NCBI RefSeq assembly: GCF_035084215.1
Contig: NC_090351.1
Location: 33,790,001-33,854,000 of the forward strand
DNA from: Heptranchias perlo
Taxonomy: Eukaryota
Direction: 5' to 3'
Length of the DNA stretch: 64,000 nucleotides
Shown here: positions 63,028 through 64,000 of the stretch, piece after piece
Position numbering within the stretch: the first letter of the stretch is position 1
Layout of the letters: each line of letters opens with the position of its first letter
Made by a program: the position numbers and the translations under genes
Notes under the pieces: model-generated
The model's database searches: none
What the model was told of the DNA's origin: nothing
What the model saw: only the letters and a program-made list of their open reading frames with translations

Positions 63028-63118
63028 CTTAGTTTTTCTCGTACACGTTGTGACCGAAACAGTACAAATCACCAGGAGAGCAAAGAGCACCCAGCGTAGC
63101 ACACTCCACACAATGTAA
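63028..63118 (-). CDS. Receptor copy D, exon 5: transmembrane
   Basis: Copy of 12395-12485 at +50633 (R allele). Confidence 0.88.
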
Positions 63119-63976
63119 CTGAGCAAAAGGGGAGAAATACAAAATCATTCACAAGAAACGGGATTGCTTTGTGTCTGAAACATTTATCTCCTGTTTACAC
63201 TGTAATCTTAGTATTTTGTATCAATGTAAAGCCGCAGAACCAAGGGACTTTAGCTGGGAAACTAAACTGTTGTTTGACTTATGGAGGAAAGTCAACTTTG
63301 TGATCATTAGATAAAGGCCAAATGAAGCAAAGTTCATTAACATGTCCACAATGTGCAGCTATAAAGGCACGGCACAATTTTATAATTGAGGACTTTATAA
63401 AAGTGACTGACCATCTGCCTGGGGCCATGTAACAGTGGTAATATGTCTCCTCAGGGATGATCACAATAACATCAACCTGCAACTGCTCATCTGCACCTTC
63501 TTTCAGGCAATTGCTGAGCAGCTGGAAACAGGCAGCCTTCCCGTTCTCTCAGTTTGGAAACAGTGTATAACATGGGCAAACTGAGAAGGTGAAAATGACG
63601 GAGAATGCAAATGCCACTCCAGAATAGTGGAAGGCAAACCAGCATTGCTGGGGTTTGGCAAGTACAACTCATCTCACGCCATGAGATTAGGTTAGCGGTA
63701 AAGTAATGAAGGTGAATAATGCAAACAGCACCACCTGAGGGGTGGCAAAATGGAGGTGCTTACTTCTTATTCTGATTCTCCACCAACAAAAATAGCACCT
63801 TTGTTCGGAAGCCAACACAACAGCATGATGTAAATCCAGCCACCATTTCCATTATGGTGAGTTATAGCCTGGATGAGTAAATGTTTGTGAACCCTTGTGC
63901 CAAATTTCTTAAAGAACATTTATTCTCTCAGATGGAAACAGTGCCAATCAAAACACCAGCAATGAGAACATTGTAC

Positions 63977-64000
63977 CTTTTGCTGGCAGATGTGGAACCT
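63977..64000 (-). CDS. Receptor copy D (partial), 3' part of exon 4, cut by the window edge
   Basis: Copy of the exon 4 end at +50633. Confidence 0.75.

Larger units (their letters stand above)
50488..64000. repeat. Tandem duplication unit 4 (partial), mosaic of unit-1-like and unit-3-like sequence
   Basis: Offset +50487 at start and +50633 at end; unit-1 alleles up to 56212, unit-3 alleles from ~56739. Confidence 0.96.

Noticed and set aside
1-64000. A 3-unit (50,487 bp) higher-order repeat
   Set aside because: Unit 4 matches unit 1 only up to ~56212 and then follows unit 3, so it is a mosaic rather than a strict higher-order repeat.
1-64000. CRISPR array or prokaryotic operon
   Set aside because: No short repeat-spacer structure; spliceosomal introns and vertebrate retroelements show eukaryotic origin.

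Overview
Vertebrate genomic DNA, very likely from a cartilaginous fish (inferred from the DeuSINE/SacSINE1-like SINEs, L2 and CR1 LINEs and Harbinger-type elements). The whole window is a head-to-tail tandem array of a ~16.8 kb unit: 1-16780, 16781-33560, 33561-50487 (147 bp longer) and 50488-64000 (partial). Each period carries one minus-strand, six-exon Ig-superfamily receptor gene that I rebuilt by hand from GT/AG sites and exon phases (315 aa). Its parts are a signal peptide, a CD300/pIgR/TREM-type V domain, an FcR-like C2 domain, a Cys/Ser/Thr-rich stalk, a transmembrane helix with an N-terminal Arg (WSVLRWVLF) and a short Tyr-free tail. This is the layout of an activating, adaptor-coupled receptor resembling the skate MDIR / CMRF35-like families. 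There are three complete copies and two partial ones. The copies are almost identical over the gene but carry two diverged haplotypes in intergenic and intron-2 blocks, and unit 4 is a mosaic whose switch lies inside a 2 kb Harbinger transposon. The rest of each unit is transposable-element debris. Nearly all other ORFs in the track are spurious.
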